Below, piece after piece: positions 26,381 to 35,741 of a stretch of 64,000 nucleotides of DNA. Position numbers and translations under genes: made by a program. Source of the DNA: a virus (taxonomy: Duplodnaviria > Caudoviricetes); IMG/VR virus record IMGVR_UViG_3300033068_001402, positions 7,551 to 71,550 of that record, one strand, 5' to 3'. Positions within the stretch are counted from its first letter, which is position 1; every line of letters starts with the position of its first letter. Under the pieces are notes generated by a model that saw only the letters and a list, made by a program, of their open reading frames with translations, was not told where the DNA came from and did no database searches.

Positions 26381-27151
26381 TTACGGCGTGAAGGGACGGC
26401 CGTCAGCGTAGATACGCTCGCGGCCGGTCGCCTTCAGGATCTCGACGGAGAGCGGAAGCTGCTGCCACTCGTCCGAGATCAGGTTGAAGTCGCCGTTGGG
26501 GGCCAGCTTGACCTTCGGCATGAGGTAGTCGATGCGCTCGCCCTGCTCGTTGTACGAGATGAACTTCAGCGCGCCTTCCACCTGGTCGGTGCCCGAGACG
26601 ACCTGCTTGCGGCTGCGGGCCGCGCGGTCGAAGGTGACTTCGATGTCGTCGCCCGAGCTGATGCCGCCACCCGGCTGGATGGTGACGATGCCGAGTTCGA
26701 GGTCGACGAGATAGTCTTCCTCGATCGTCTGCGCCGTGGCGCCGACCTTGACGATCACGTTCGAGAGGGCGCGGGCGCCGCTCGGGTTCACGTCGGACAC
26801 GCCGATCTGGTAGCTGTGACCCTGCAGGACGTCGGTGACGTTCTCGACCTGGGCGGTGGCCGAGGTCTGCGACAGAACCTGCGACTCGCCGAACATGAAC
26901 AGCGCCAGGTTCTCGACCTGGATGTCGTCGAGCGTCATCGTGCCGCTGGCGTTGGTCTCCAGCACGATCGAGGCGTCCTTCTCACGGATGCCGCGCGTGG
27001 ACGAATAGTGGTCCAGCGTCTCGTTCTCGATCGTGATGTTGAACTCGGGGGCGTTGCCCAGGAACCGGAAGCCCGCGGGGACCTCAGTTCCTGCGCGAAA
27101 GAGGGAGAAGTGGAGTTCCCCCTTCGAGACGGTGTAGTTCTTGATGGCCAT
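26381..27151 (-). CDS. Major tail tube protein
   Basis: GELHFS..RFLGNAPEF..LDHYSS..M..VKLAPNGDFNLISDEWQQL. Confidence 0.85.
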   Translation of the reverse strand: MAIKNYTVSKGELHFSLFRAGTEVPAGFRFLGNAPEFNITIENETLDHYSSTRGIREKDASIVLETNASGTMTLDDIQVENLALFMFGESQVLSQTSATAQVENVTDVLQGHSYQIGVSDVNPSGARALSNVIVKVGATAQTIEEDYLVDLELGIVTIQPGGGISSGDDIEVTFDRAARSRKQVVSGTDQVEGALKFISYNEQGERIDYLMPKVKLAPNGDFNLISDEWQQLPLSVEILKATGRERIYADGRPFTP

Positions 27152-27179
27152 GGTAGTGGTCACTCCGGGGTTGGTGGCT

Positions 27180-27194
27180 TCACCAATATAGTGA
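27180..27194. promoter_or_regulatory. 15-bp operator-like motif
   Basis: TCACC-AATAT-AGTGA upstream of the tail tube gene. Confidence 0.6.
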
Positions 27195-27198
27195 AAAC

Positions 27199-27849
27199 CT
27201 ATTCAGGGGAAGGTGGTGAAGTTCTGTCAGCTATTAGCTGACAGTTGTGCATCCAGTCGGCGAACCACTTGTTGCCTTTTGCGGCGTTTTCGGCGGTCGT
27301 CAGGTACTGGAGGTTTTCCAGGACGTGTAGTCCAGAAACGTATTTCCCATTCAACGGGATGATGTGATCTACATTATAGCCGACTGGGCATTTCGCGTAG
27401 AAATCAGTGATCGCTTTTCTATTGGCCCACGGAGGCGTAGCGCGCGAAACCCTTTTGTGCCACGCACGGCTCTGGAGACGCGCCCGCTCAGGATTGTTCT
27501 GTTTGTAGCGCTTACTGGATGCCCTGATGACTTCTTTACGGCGTTCGGGATTCCGTGCTCTGGACTGACGTTCAAGATCTCGCTGACGATCCTTGTTCTC
27601 TTTCTGCCAGCGCGTCACGTTTCCCTGATTTCGCCCGGGGTTTGCGCGCCTCCACTGTGCCGTTCTTTCAGCAGCCTTCCCCCGAATCTCGGGTTTCATT
27701 CGCCTGGCAGCGGCTCGTTGCGCAAGACACGCTACGCACGACCTGTTGCTGACCATGCGCTCTGAGTCGTGTCCGTATTTACAAGGACCGGCGTAATATC
27801 TTGTCTGTCCGCTCGTTCGCGCGAGGATGAGCGCCTGGCAACTAGGCAT
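27199..27849 (-). CDS. HNH homing endonuclease
   Basis: CKYGH..CVAC, ATPPWA, VDHIIPLNG..VSGLHVLENLQYL..EN; lower GC; exact start uncertain. Confidence 0.85.
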   Translation of the reverse strand: MPSCQALILARTSGQTRYYAGPCKYGHDSERMVSNRSCVACLAQRAAARRMKPEIRGKAAERTAQWRRANPGRNQGNVTRWQKENKDRQRDLERQSRARNPERRKEVIRASSKRYKQNNPERARLQSRAWHKRVSRATPPWANRKAITDFYAKCPVGYNVDHIIPLNGKYVSGLHVLENLQYLTTAENAAKGNKWFADWMHNCQLIADRTSPPSPE

Positions 27850-28363
27850 ACGGATCAGCCGCGCTTTCGACGATCCGCATCGTCAGAGTCAACCAAAAAT
27901 AAGCTTTCGACGACACGTCATCCGCCGGCCTCACCACGCCCGCCCCGATGTCGAGGCCGGTGACGCGGTTCTTCCCGGCACCAAAGCCGAACGGGTCCGG
28001 CGTCGACCGCGACCCTGCCAGGGGGCGGATCTTCTCCTCGGCGAGGCGGCGGCGCACGTCGGCCAGCAGCACATAGGCGGCGTCCGTGGGGTTCAGTGGG
28101 TCGTCCTTGACGAACCCCTGAATCAGGATGGGCCAGTCGTAGGACTCCCCGTCCGTGCGGTAGTTGGGCTCCCAGACGTCGTCGGCCGGGTTGACGCCTT
28201 CGAGGATGCTGACCATCGGAAGGGGGTCGGACTCGCCGAACCACATGCGGCCACGGAACACGTCCGCGCCGAGGTTGGTCTTGTAGCCGTTGGCTGTGGT
28301 GATTTCCTGCAGTGCCTCGGTCAGGCGTTGCAGCGCGCGCAGCTTGAAGGGGATTTCGGTCAC
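27842..28363 (-). CDS. Tail terminator/completion protein
   Basis: VFRGR..FGESDPLPMVSILE..IQGFV pattern; gene order. Confidence 0.7.
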   Translation of the reverse strand: MTEIPFKLRALQRLTEALQEITTANGYKTNLGADVFRGRMWFGESDPLPMVSILEGVNPADDVWEPNYRTDGESYDWPILIQGFVKDDPLNPTDAAYVLLADVRRRLAEEKIRPLAGSRSTPDPFGFGAGKNRVTGLDIGAGVVRPADDVSSKAYFWLTLTMRIVESAADPYA

Positions 28364-28965
28364 AGGTTCAACTCCATCAGGCGCGAGAACTCCTGCTCCA
28401 GGAAGTCCGCGGCGCCGGGCGCTTCGTCATCGGCGACCGTGCGGAACACCTGGTCGATCGACGGCCCGTAGAGCAGCCAGAGGCCGTTCTGCATCTGGAC
28501 CATCTTCTTCTTGTTCTGCGGGGACTCGCCGGGCTTCAGACGAATGGCCAGGCCGATGTTCGACAGATCCTCGGCCCCGGCGCGCAGGCGGATCAGGAAG
28601 GCCCGCTTCATGAACTTGGCGAAGCCGGGGGCCACCTCGACGCGGACGCCGCCGGCCTTGCGGGTGCTCTCGGGCGTCCCCTTGGCGAAGCGGGCCAGAC
28701 TGGTCGGCCTGAACCGGCCGGTGATCATGGCGGCGATATTTTCGCGCGAGGCGCGCTGGGTCACGGCGAGACGTGAATCGTTGCCCGACAGATAGCGCGC
28801 CGGGAAGTTGACTTGCGCGCGCATCGCCCGTGCCGAACTGGCGCGGGTGCGGTCGACGGTCTTGTTCACGGCCATGACGGCGGCGCGGGTGATGTTCGCC
28901 GGGATCTCCTCGAACGAACGCAGGGCCGACAGCCCGTCCACAGCGACGACGTAGGTCTCGCTCAT
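28360..28965 (-). CDS. Minor tail protein (gpZ-like neck/tail completion)
   Basis: Basic protein; PTSLARF, LYGPSIDQVF; gene order. Confidence 0.7.
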   Translation of the reverse strand: MSETYVVAVDGLSALRSFEEIPANITRAAVMAVNKTVDRTRASSARAMRAQVNFPARYLSGNDSRLAVTQRASRENIAAMITGRFRPTSLARFAKGTPESTRKAGGVRVEVAPGFAKFMKRAFLIRLRAGAEDLSNIGLAIRLKPGESPQNKKKMVQMQNGLWLLYGPSIDQVFRTVADDEAPGAADFLEQEFSRLMELNL

Positions 28966-29351
28966 TCGGGCACGACCAGGCCCACGGCGTCGGCCGGGTC
29001 GAGGCGCGTCACGCGGGCCGTCTGGTAGCCGAGGTCGGCGGGATAGAGGTGGTCGATGCGGTAGGCCTCACCTGCCTCGACGGAGACGATGCCTCCGCGG
29101 CGCGGGCGGTCGGCCGGCAGGATCGGAAACTCGGAAAGGTCGAACCGGACGCGGTCCTCGGGCTCAGCGCGCTCCGCGCCGTGGAAGCCCTGCAGGTCGC
29201 CGGTCATCTGGTTCTCGGTCTTCAGCCACGTCCGCACGGTGCAGGCAACCTGCGTCAGCGAAGTCGGCGTGGCATAGTAGAACGCGGGGACCGACATCTC
29301 TCGATGCAGGTCCCCGCGCGCTTGCCGCTTGATGTCGCGCAAGCGGCTCAT
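28962..29351 (-). CDS. Head-tail joining protein
   Basis: Gene order; GIVSVEAGEAYRID motif. Confidence 0.6.
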   Translation of the reverse strand: MSRLRDIKRQARGDLHREMSVPAFYYATPTSLTQVACTVRTWLKTENQMTGDLQGFHGAERAEPEDRVRFDLSEFPILPADRPRRGGIVSVEAGEAYRIDHLYPADLGYQTARVTRLDPADAVGLVVPE

Positions 29352-29355
29352 CGGC

Positions 29356-29682
29356 TTAGCCGATCGGGTCTTCGAGGGCCGAGCGAGCCTGGGCTTCCGC
29401 CACGGCCAGTTCGGTCTCGGTGGCCCGACGCAGGGCGCCCAGCTCGATCAGTTCGTCGCGCTCCTTCGCCGTGAAGGCGTCGGCGGGAACGAGGGCGCCG
29501 GCCGGGATCGACTTCGCGTCCTTACCATTGCCGTAGACGATCTTGTGGGCTGCCACGGTGGCTTCGAGCGAAGGCTTGGCAGCCTTTTTCTCGGGCGCAA
29601 CCTTGGCAGCAGCAGCAGCAGCCTTGGTGGCTTCCGCCGCCTTGGCTTCGTCGGTCGTGGTCTTCTGGGCTTCATCAGCCAT
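29356..29682 (-). CDS. Hypothetical head-associated protein
   Basis: Ala/Lys-rich, directly after the capsid gene; ends EDPIG. Confidence 0.6.
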   Translation of the reverse strand: MADEAQKTTTDEAKAAEATKAAAAAAKVAPEKKAAKPSLEATVAAHKIVYGNGKDAKSIPAGALVPADAFTAKERDELIELGALRRATETELAVAEAQARSALEDPIG

Positions 29683-29740
29683 GGTGTGTCACCTTTCTGT
29701 TGAAACGGCGGGCATGGTTAGCCCGCCGCTCCGGTTGGGA

Positions 29741-30835
29741 TTACGCCGCCGCGAGGACGTTCGCGAGGTAGGTGGCGTCGGGGTTGATCGGCACGAACAG
29801 CGGAGCGGACTCCACCGACATGTTCTCGACCTTGACGCGGGTGCCGGTCTCGAAGTTCTTCGGGAACATCGGCAGGGCCTGGTAGCCCGCGTCCTTGTCG
29901 ACGATGCGGCCGAAGCACTCGTGGCCGTTGATCGACTCGGCGGGCGCGGTGAACAGCGCCTGGTGGTTGCCGAGGTAGCGGGTCTGCACGCCGGCATCGT
30001 TCGTGTAGGTCTCATTGTTGACCCACAGTTCGATGACCTGGCCCGAGTTGCCGCCGATGAACAACTCCCCGAACTTGTAGACCTTGCCGGAGCCGACCAG
30101 GCCGCGGTCGACGCGGTGGACGCCGCCGAGGATGTTGACGTCCATGTGCTTCAGGATCTCGGCATCCTTACGCAGGATGGCCGCGACTCCGCCGCCCATG
30201 GTCACCCGGGTCGGGACGCCGCCGAACTCGGCATTGCCCATCGTGTCGATGATCGCGTTGAAGTGGTCGATGATCGACACGCCCGAGTCACCCCAGTAGT
30301 TGCCGCCCGTCAGGGTCTCGGTGTGGTCGGCGTCGCGACGGAAGTCGACTTCCACCGAGGTGCCGTCGAGGTAGGTGCAGGTCACCTTGCCGTCGATGAT
30401 GGCGCGGGCGCGCATCCATTCCCAGCGGCGCTCGACCGAGGTCTGCATTTCCGAAATCATCTGGGTCTTGATCAGCGACAGGCGCTGCATCGGGCTCAGG
30501 TTGCTGACGTCCAGCGTCGAGGCGTCGATGCCGGGCTGGAAGGTCAGCGGGCGGAACGGATCGACCGAGTCTTCGACGACCACGTTGGCCGGCTTGAAGC
30601 GGAAGCCCGTGACCTTGTCGCTGAACACGCCCTTGCCGCGGCCCAGGGGCTTGACGAAGGGGGCGAGCTGGCGGCTGCGGATCGGCAGCTTCTCGAAGTC
30701 GATCCATTCGTCCTCGGAGCGGATCTGGCCGCCCGTGAAGAACTGACCGAAGTACCAGGTCTCAGGCTTGGTCGCCCGGAACTGGCCGAGCATACGGCGG
30801 GTCTGCCACAGCTCATAAGGATTGTTGGTAGCCAT
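29741..30835 (-). CDS. Major capsid protein (lambda gpE family)
   Basis: IDFEK..LAPFV.P, RRWEWM..A.I.G, ESAPL motifs. Confidence 0.92.
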   Translation of the reverse strand: MATNNPYELWQTRRMLGQFRATKPETWYFGQFFTGGQIRSEDEWIDFEKLPIRSRQLAPFVKPLGRGKGVFSDKVTGFRFKPANVVVEDSVDPFRPLTFQPGIDASTLDVSNLSPMQRLSLIKTQMISEMQTSVERRWEWMRARAIIDGKVTCTYLDGTSVEVDFRRDADHTETLTGGNYWGDSGVSIIDHFNAIIDTMGNAEFGGVPTRVTMGGGVAAILRKDAEILKHMDVNILGGVHRVDRGLVGSGKVYKFGELFIGGNSGQVIELWVNNETYTNDAGVQTRYLGNHQALFTAPAESINGHECFGRIVDKDAGYQALPMFPKNFETGTRVKVENMSVESAPLFVPINPDATYLANVLAAA

Positions 30836-30862
30836 AGGTGTGCGTTCCTTCTGAGGCTGCGG

Positions 30863-31318
30863 TTACGAGGCGTTGCCGCCGATTTTGCGGCTGCGGAAGA
30901 TCAGGTTCGGGTTTCCGACCACGCCTTCCCAGGTCGTCTTCTTCGCCAGAGTGTCGAAGGAGGCGTCCCAGACGAGCGGGCTCTCGGCGTCGGCGTTGAA
31001 GCAGCCGGTCAGCGAGACTTCGCCGTACTTGGTGGTGTTGGACGCGCCCGAGGTCGCGGCCTGCATCAGCACGCCGATCGGCTTGATGGCCGAACCGATC
31101 GTGGCGTTGTAGGTCGCCTTGACGATCTTGCCGGCCGACATGCCGACGACGGTGAACTGGGCCAAATCGAGGGAGTCGCCCAGCAGGATGCGGAGCGGCT
31201 GCTGGATCGCGGGCTCGGCGCCAGCGGTCAGGTTGCCGTCGATGTAGGTGTCCAGTTCCTCGAAGGCCGGGACGCCGTTGACGCCGGCATTCGCGTAGGA
31301 AACATTGCGGGTAGCCAT
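30863..31318 (-). CDS. Head decoration protein (gpD-like)
   Basis: Between protease and capsid; PIGVL, G.FN..LVW. Confidence 0.8.
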   Translation of the reverse strand: MATRNVSYANAGVNGVPAFEELDTYIDGNLTAGAEPAIQQPLRILLGDSLDLAQFTVVGMSAGKIVKATYNATIGSAIKPIGVLMQAATSGASNTTKYGEVSLTGCFNADAESPLVWDASFDTLAKKTTWEGVVGNPNLIFRSRKIGGNAS

Positions 31319-31336
31319 GGGTGTGGGTTCCTTCCC

Positions 31337-32674
31337 TTACAGCTTGATGCCGGCGGCCTTGGCCAGGGCGAGATCGGCGGAACCGTCCTCCTCCTTGGCC
31401 TCGGTCGAGGCAGCGGCGGTTTCAGCGCCGACGTTGGGACCCGCGCCGGTCGCAGCCATGGCGGCGTCCAGGGCATCACCCTGAGCGACGGGGGCGGCCG
31501 GGACCGGGGCGGCGGCGACGGGGGCCACGGCGAGCGCGGCCTTGGCGTCATCAACCGACATCGCGGTGTTCATCGCGAAGTGGTTCGCCAGGGCTTCGCG
31601 GCCCTTGGCTTCGTCGCAGCCGGTGATGCCGGCGACGCGCTGCTTCTCGGCGGCGACGGCGTTGGCAACGGCAGTGGCTTGGGCCTCGGCAGCGCGAGTC
31701 TTCTCGGCGTTGACGGCGGCGTCGATGGCGGCCTGGGTATCGGCCGCCGTGTCCTGGGTGGACATTTGCTCATCTCCTGATGACGTTGAGGACAGGTCGG
31801 CCGCGTAAGCGGCCAGGGCGTCGTCCAGCGAGCCGATCTTGTCGGCCAAACCGTTCGACAGGGCTTGCGAGGCAGTGAACGTGGCGGCCTCGAAATCGAG
31901 GATCACCTGGGCGTCCAAGCCCCTACTGCGTGACACTGCTGCCACGAAGATCTCATTCAGCTCGGCGACTTCCGCTTCCCAGCGTTTGATCGTCTCGGGC
32001 GTCAGTTGTTTGTCGGGATGGCCTTCGGCCTTCAGCTTCCCGGTCGCGATGAACGTGTACTTGACGCCCAGTTGCGCGTTGTAGGCGGTCCAGTCGCCGT
32101 GCGTCCGCAGCGTGCCGATCGAGCCGACGCCGCCGGAGCGGGTGACCCAGATCTCGTCAGCGACGCTCGCGACGCCATAGGCGGCCGAGTACATGAACTC
32201 CGTGGCGAAGGCGCGCACCGGCACGCCCGAGGCTTCCTTGGCCGCGACCATGCGGTCCACGGCGTCCCAGCAGCCCGAGACCATGCCGCCACCGGAGTGA
32301 CCGATGAAGGCGATGCCCTTGATGTTGCCGGCCGTGAAGTCCTCACAGCCCCGCTCGAAGGCGCGCTGGATGTACTCGTAGCCGGTCGCCCATGCGCCAT
32401 CGGCCCAGGGGAAGTTGTGCAGCAGCATCCCGCGAACGGGGATGTGCAGGATGCCGTCCTGGATGACGTAGGGCCGATATGCCGCGCGCCACGAGTCCGG
32501 CTCCGGCCAGAAGTTGTCGGCGGCGACGTTCGACTCGGCCAGCATTTCGTCGATGTGCTGGTTCTGGGCCAGCGCGGCGACGGCGGCCGTGATGAAGTCC
32601 AGCCGGTCGGCGGCGAACATCATCGTCGGGTTCGACGACAGCAGCGCGACCACGGGGTTGCGATCAGTGCTCAC
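31337..32674 (-). CDS. S49 prohead protease/scaffold (gpC-like)
   Basis: SGGG, YSAAY, GSIG motifs; Ala-rich scaffold C-terminus. Confidence 0.9.
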   Translation of the reverse strand: MSTDRNPVVALLSSNPTMMFAADRLDFITAAVAALAQNQHIDEMLAESNVAADNFWPEPDSWRAAYRPYVIQDGILHIPVRGMLLHNFPWADGAWATGYEYIQRAFERGCEDFTAGNIKGIAFIGHSGGGMVSGCWDAVDRMVAAKEASGVPVRAFATEFMYSAAYGVASVADEIWVTRSGGVGSIGTLRTHGDWTAYNAQLGVKYTFIATGKLKAEGHPDKQLTPETIKRWEAEVAELNEIFVAAVSRSRGLDAQVILDFEAATFTASQALSNGLADKIGSLDDALAAYAADLSSTSSGDEQMSTQDTAADTQAAIDAAVNAEKTRAAEAQATAVANAVAAEKQRVAGITGCDEAKGREALANHFAMNTAMSVDDAKAALAVAPVAAAPVPAAPVAQGDALDAAMAATGAGPNVGAETAAASTEAKEEDGSADLALAKAAGIKL

Positions 32675-34401
32675 TTGGCGGCATCCTTCTTCGGGGCCGT
32701 CGCCGGCTCATCGGCCATCAGGCGCGCGTGGTCGGCCTCCGAGATCTCGCCCGGGGTGATGACCAGCGAGTAGGCCTTGCGCATCTCGGCTTCGCGCTTG
32801 AGCTGGCGGTAGACCTTGCGCCAGTCCTTGCCGAGGCGGGCCAGTTCGTCCTCGGCGGTCGACAGGCCGTTGTTGATCCGCAGGACGGCGGCCTGCGTCT
32901 CCTTGTACTCGTCGATCTGGCCGCGCGAGGCGCCGACCCAGTCGCAGCGCGCCAGGGCGTTGAAGTTGCGATTCAGGTAGCCGCCCGAATACAGCATCGC
33001 CATCTTCGAGCGCGGGAAGGACTGGATCTCGCCGCGGCTGATCTGCTCTTCCAGCCACAGGCGGAAGACGGCGCTCGCGAAGCGGTCGGCCACCAGCTTC
33101 TTGCGCGACTGCATGAACTTCCACGTCTCGGTCATCGCAGCGCGCGCCGAGGAGTAGTTGGTGTTCGTGTAGTCGCGCGAAAGCTGCTCGTAGCTGACGC
33201 CGGTCGCCGCCGCGATGTAGCGCAGCAGGGAGACCTCGAAGTCCTGGCCGATGCCCTGTCCGCTCGACGGGGACAGCATCTCCAGCTTGGTGCCGGGGAA
33301 GAAATGCGGGATGCGGACGCCGTCGAGACGCGGGGACTTGGCGCCACCGGTATAGGCGGCCACGGCGGAGAGGTAGCCGGTCGCGTAGTTAGTGACGACG
33401 TTCTGCATCCCCTCCGGCGTCTCCAGCGCGGAGCCGCCCATGCGCGCGAAGACTTCGGCGCTCGGCAGTTCGGAGGTGATGGCGGCGGCGTACAGCGACT
33501 GCATCACGGCGCGCTGAAGCTGCACGTCGCGGAAGCGCTTGACGAACTTCATCTCGCGCAGGGCGGCTGCCAGCTCGGAGACGCCGCGCGACTGGTCGGG
33601 TTGGATCTGCTCGTGGATGTGGATGATCTGCTGCCGGCCCCACGGCTTGCGGATCGGCACTTCCTTCCACGAAGGCAGGCCGGTCGAGGCGTAGAAGATG
33701 TCGCTCGGGTGCGCGGTACGGATGAAATAGGACTGCGGGGCGCCCTGGGCGTCGAAGCGGATGCCACCGCGGATGTTCTCGCGCTCCTGGATCGAGATGA
33801 CGCGATCGAGGGGGTCCGACAGGCGCGCGGTGTCCAGCATCTGGATGGCCGTGCGGAACGGGCGATCCTTGCGCAGCCACTCGACGGCGGCCAGCACCTC
33901 GCCGCCCGACAGATGCACGCCCACGGCCAGGCGGACCATGGAGGTGAAGTTGTTCGTGCGCTGCGCGTCGATCCAGTTGTCGGGGCTCTCGACGTCGAGG
34001 TCCCACTTTTCCTCGACCTCCTCCTGGAACTCCTCCTCCCAGGTGTCGTCGAAGCCCAACACCCGGGTCGCCGGGCGGCAGTTCAGCAGGTACTGGCCGC
34101 CGACGATGTTGTCCTTGTGCAGCGAGGCGCCGCCCTGGACGTAGGCATCGTTGCGCAGCATGTCGCGCGCACGGCCGTCGATGATTTCCTTGTCCGGCAG
34201 GATGTCCATGTCCGGGTGCTGGACGGGCGAATGCCACATCGACAGCGCCTGGTCGAAGCGGTCCGCGGCCTCGAAGCCGCCCATCGCCATATCGCCCCCG
34301 ACCACGGAGGGGACCGTCACCGTGGTCGGGGGCAGTGCGGGGCCGCCGCCGGGGGCGGACGACAGACCCAACACGTCGTTGAACGGGTCGCTCACGCTCA
34401 C
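32671..34401 (-). CDS. Portal protein, lambda family
   Basis: RARDMLRND, Q.RGVS, A.GVSYEQLSRDY..TNYSSARA. Confidence 0.93.
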   Translation of the reverse strand: MSVSDPFNDVLGLSSAPGGGPALPPTTVTVPSVVGGDMAMGGFEAADRFDQALSMWHSPVQHPDMDILPDKEIIDGRARDMLRNDAYVQGGASLHKDNIVGGQYLLNCRPATRVLGFDDTWEEEFQEEVEEKWDLDVESPDNWIDAQRTNNFTSMVRLAVGVHLSGGEVLAAVEWLRKDRPFRTAIQMLDTARLSDPLDRVISIQERENIRGGIRFDAQGAPQSYFIRTAHPSDIFYASTGLPSWKEVPIRKPWGRQQIIHIHEQIQPDQSRGVSELAAALREMKFVKRFRDVQLQRAVMQSLYAAAITSELPSAEVFARMGGSALETPEGMQNVVTNYATGYLSAVAAYTGGAKSPRLDGVRIPHFFPGTKLEMLSPSSGQGIGQDFEVSLLRYIAAATGVSYEQLSRDYTNTNYSSARAAMTETWKFMQSRKKLVADRFASAVFRLWLEEQISRGEIQSFPRSKMAMLYSGGYLNRNFNALARCDWVGASRGQIDEYKETQAAVLRINNGLSTAEDELARLGKDWRKVYRQLKREAEMRKAYSLVITPGEISEADHARLMADEPATAPKKDAAK

Positions 34402-34604
34402 CCGCCGAAGTACATGGGGCCGCTGACGGACCCCGCGACCTGGCGCTTCAGGCCGTCGATGTAGGCTGCAAGCGCCGGTCGATTGGCTGCCGTGTACTCC
34501 ACGCGCTCGCCATTCTGATCGACGAACACGCGCACCTGCCTGCCCATGAGCAGGTCATGATACGCCGCTTCAGCCTCTGTCAGTCGCTCAGCGAGTGTCG
34601 CCAT
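34398..34604 (-). CDS. Head-tail joining protein gpW
   Basis: L.EAEAAYHDLLMG..V..NGERVEYT..L.AYI. Confidence 0.88.
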   Translation of the reverse strand: MATLAERLTEAEAAYHDLLMGRQVRVFVDQNGERVEYTAANRPALAAYIDGLKRQVAGSVSGPMYFGG

Positions 34605-34704
34605 CAGCGACTGATCGCACGGATTTGGTGATATTGCAACAGCGTGTTGACTGTCATTGCAGTATTGTCAAGTAGTAGTTGACGACTATGCGAGCGAATA
34701 CTGA

Positions 34705-35202
34705 CTACCCCAGCACGTCCGCCAGTGGATCGCCGATCCACTTCGCCCACAGGTTCACGACCGGGACGCGGCGGCTCTCGGCATAGCGGATGCAGTTCGC
34801 CGTGCCGCCTACCAGGTCCCCGTTCCAGAGCGCCAGCATCGCGCCCGCCCGGTCGACCATCCAGCGATTGCGCAGATCCATGGAGTGCGCGCTGGCGTAC
34901 TGGGAGACGTACTCGACGGACTCCGCGTGACCGAGCAGCCTGAAATAGCGCTCCTGCGACTCCGCCGGCCAGCGACTTTCCTGCCCCTCGAACGGGACAG
35001 CCGCGATGAAGGGGATGCCCAACGTCACGCACGCCCCTGCCACCGCCTGGTCCCAGCCCAGCGCCATCCCGCTGATGACCTTGTCCGGGCGGTTGTAGTG
35101 CAGATGCTGCACCGCCACGGCGCCGAGGGCGCGGCGGGTGACGAGGCTGTAGCCGCCCTCCAGCTTGTCGGGGCGGTGGCCGGTGGCGGCGAGGACGGTC
35201 AT
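34705..35202 (-). CDS. SLOG superfamily, YspA/DUF1273-like protein
   Basis: ATGHRP, ISGMALGWDQ, AVPFEGQESRW, RNRWMVD, WNG..GGTANC; ends DPLADVLG. Confidence 0.85.
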   Translation of the reverse strand: MTVLAATGHRPDKLEGGYSLVTRRALGAVAVQHLHYNRPDKVISGMALGWDQAVAGACVTLGIPFIAAVPFEGQESRWPAESQERYFRLLGHAESVEYVSQYASAHSMDLRNRWMVDRAGAMLALWNGDLVGGTANCIRYAESRRVPVVNLWAKWIGDPLADVLG

Positions 35203-35741
35203 CGGGGCAGGTCCAGAGCGTGCGGCCAGGCGCACCAGTCGGCGGGGTCGTCGGGGATGCGGTTGTGCTTGGAGCGGTTCGCCTGTCGCGTGAGAACTCG
35301 CATATTCCACGGTACATGCAGACCGCAAATGTCGGGGTTGACCAGAGGAATGGTGTGATCAACCTCGTGCTTCTCCTCCGTAACATTGGTCAACATAGCC
35401 GACGAGGCGTATATCGACTCCATCTCGGCGATCATTTCAGGTGTAAGCCATGGGGGTGTAGCGTTTCGAGCCTTGGTACGCCTACCTGATGCCAAGCTGT
35501 TGTGATGCTCCCGATTCCGCTCCACCCAAAGTCGCTTGAGTTTTAGCTGGCGGACCTTGTTTTCAGGTTTGCTCCGCCACGCCGCAGCATACCGTTTCTG
35601 TTTAGCGCGAAGTTCAGGGTCGGCGGCTAGTTTAGCTTTCCGCCTCTCATGCGCCTTCTTGTCGTGTAGTGCAGCGGCCTCTGGATTTAGTAAGCGCCAC
35701 TTCCGAACATCTTCGGTTGATGTCTTCTTCACGCAGGTCAT
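35199..35741 (-). CDS. HNH homing endonuclease
   Basis: ATPPWL, HEVDHTIPL..ICGLHVPWNMRVL..AN; lower GC. Confidence 0.85.
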   Translation of the reverse strand: MTCVKKTSTEDVRKWRLLNPEAAALHDKKAHERRKAKLAADPELRAKQKRYAAAWRSKPENKVRQLKLKRLWVERNREHHNSLASGRRTKARNATPPWLTPEMIAEMESIYASSAMLTNVTEEKHEVDHTIPLVNPDICGLHVPWNMRVLTRQANRSKHNRIPDDPADWCAWPHALDLPR

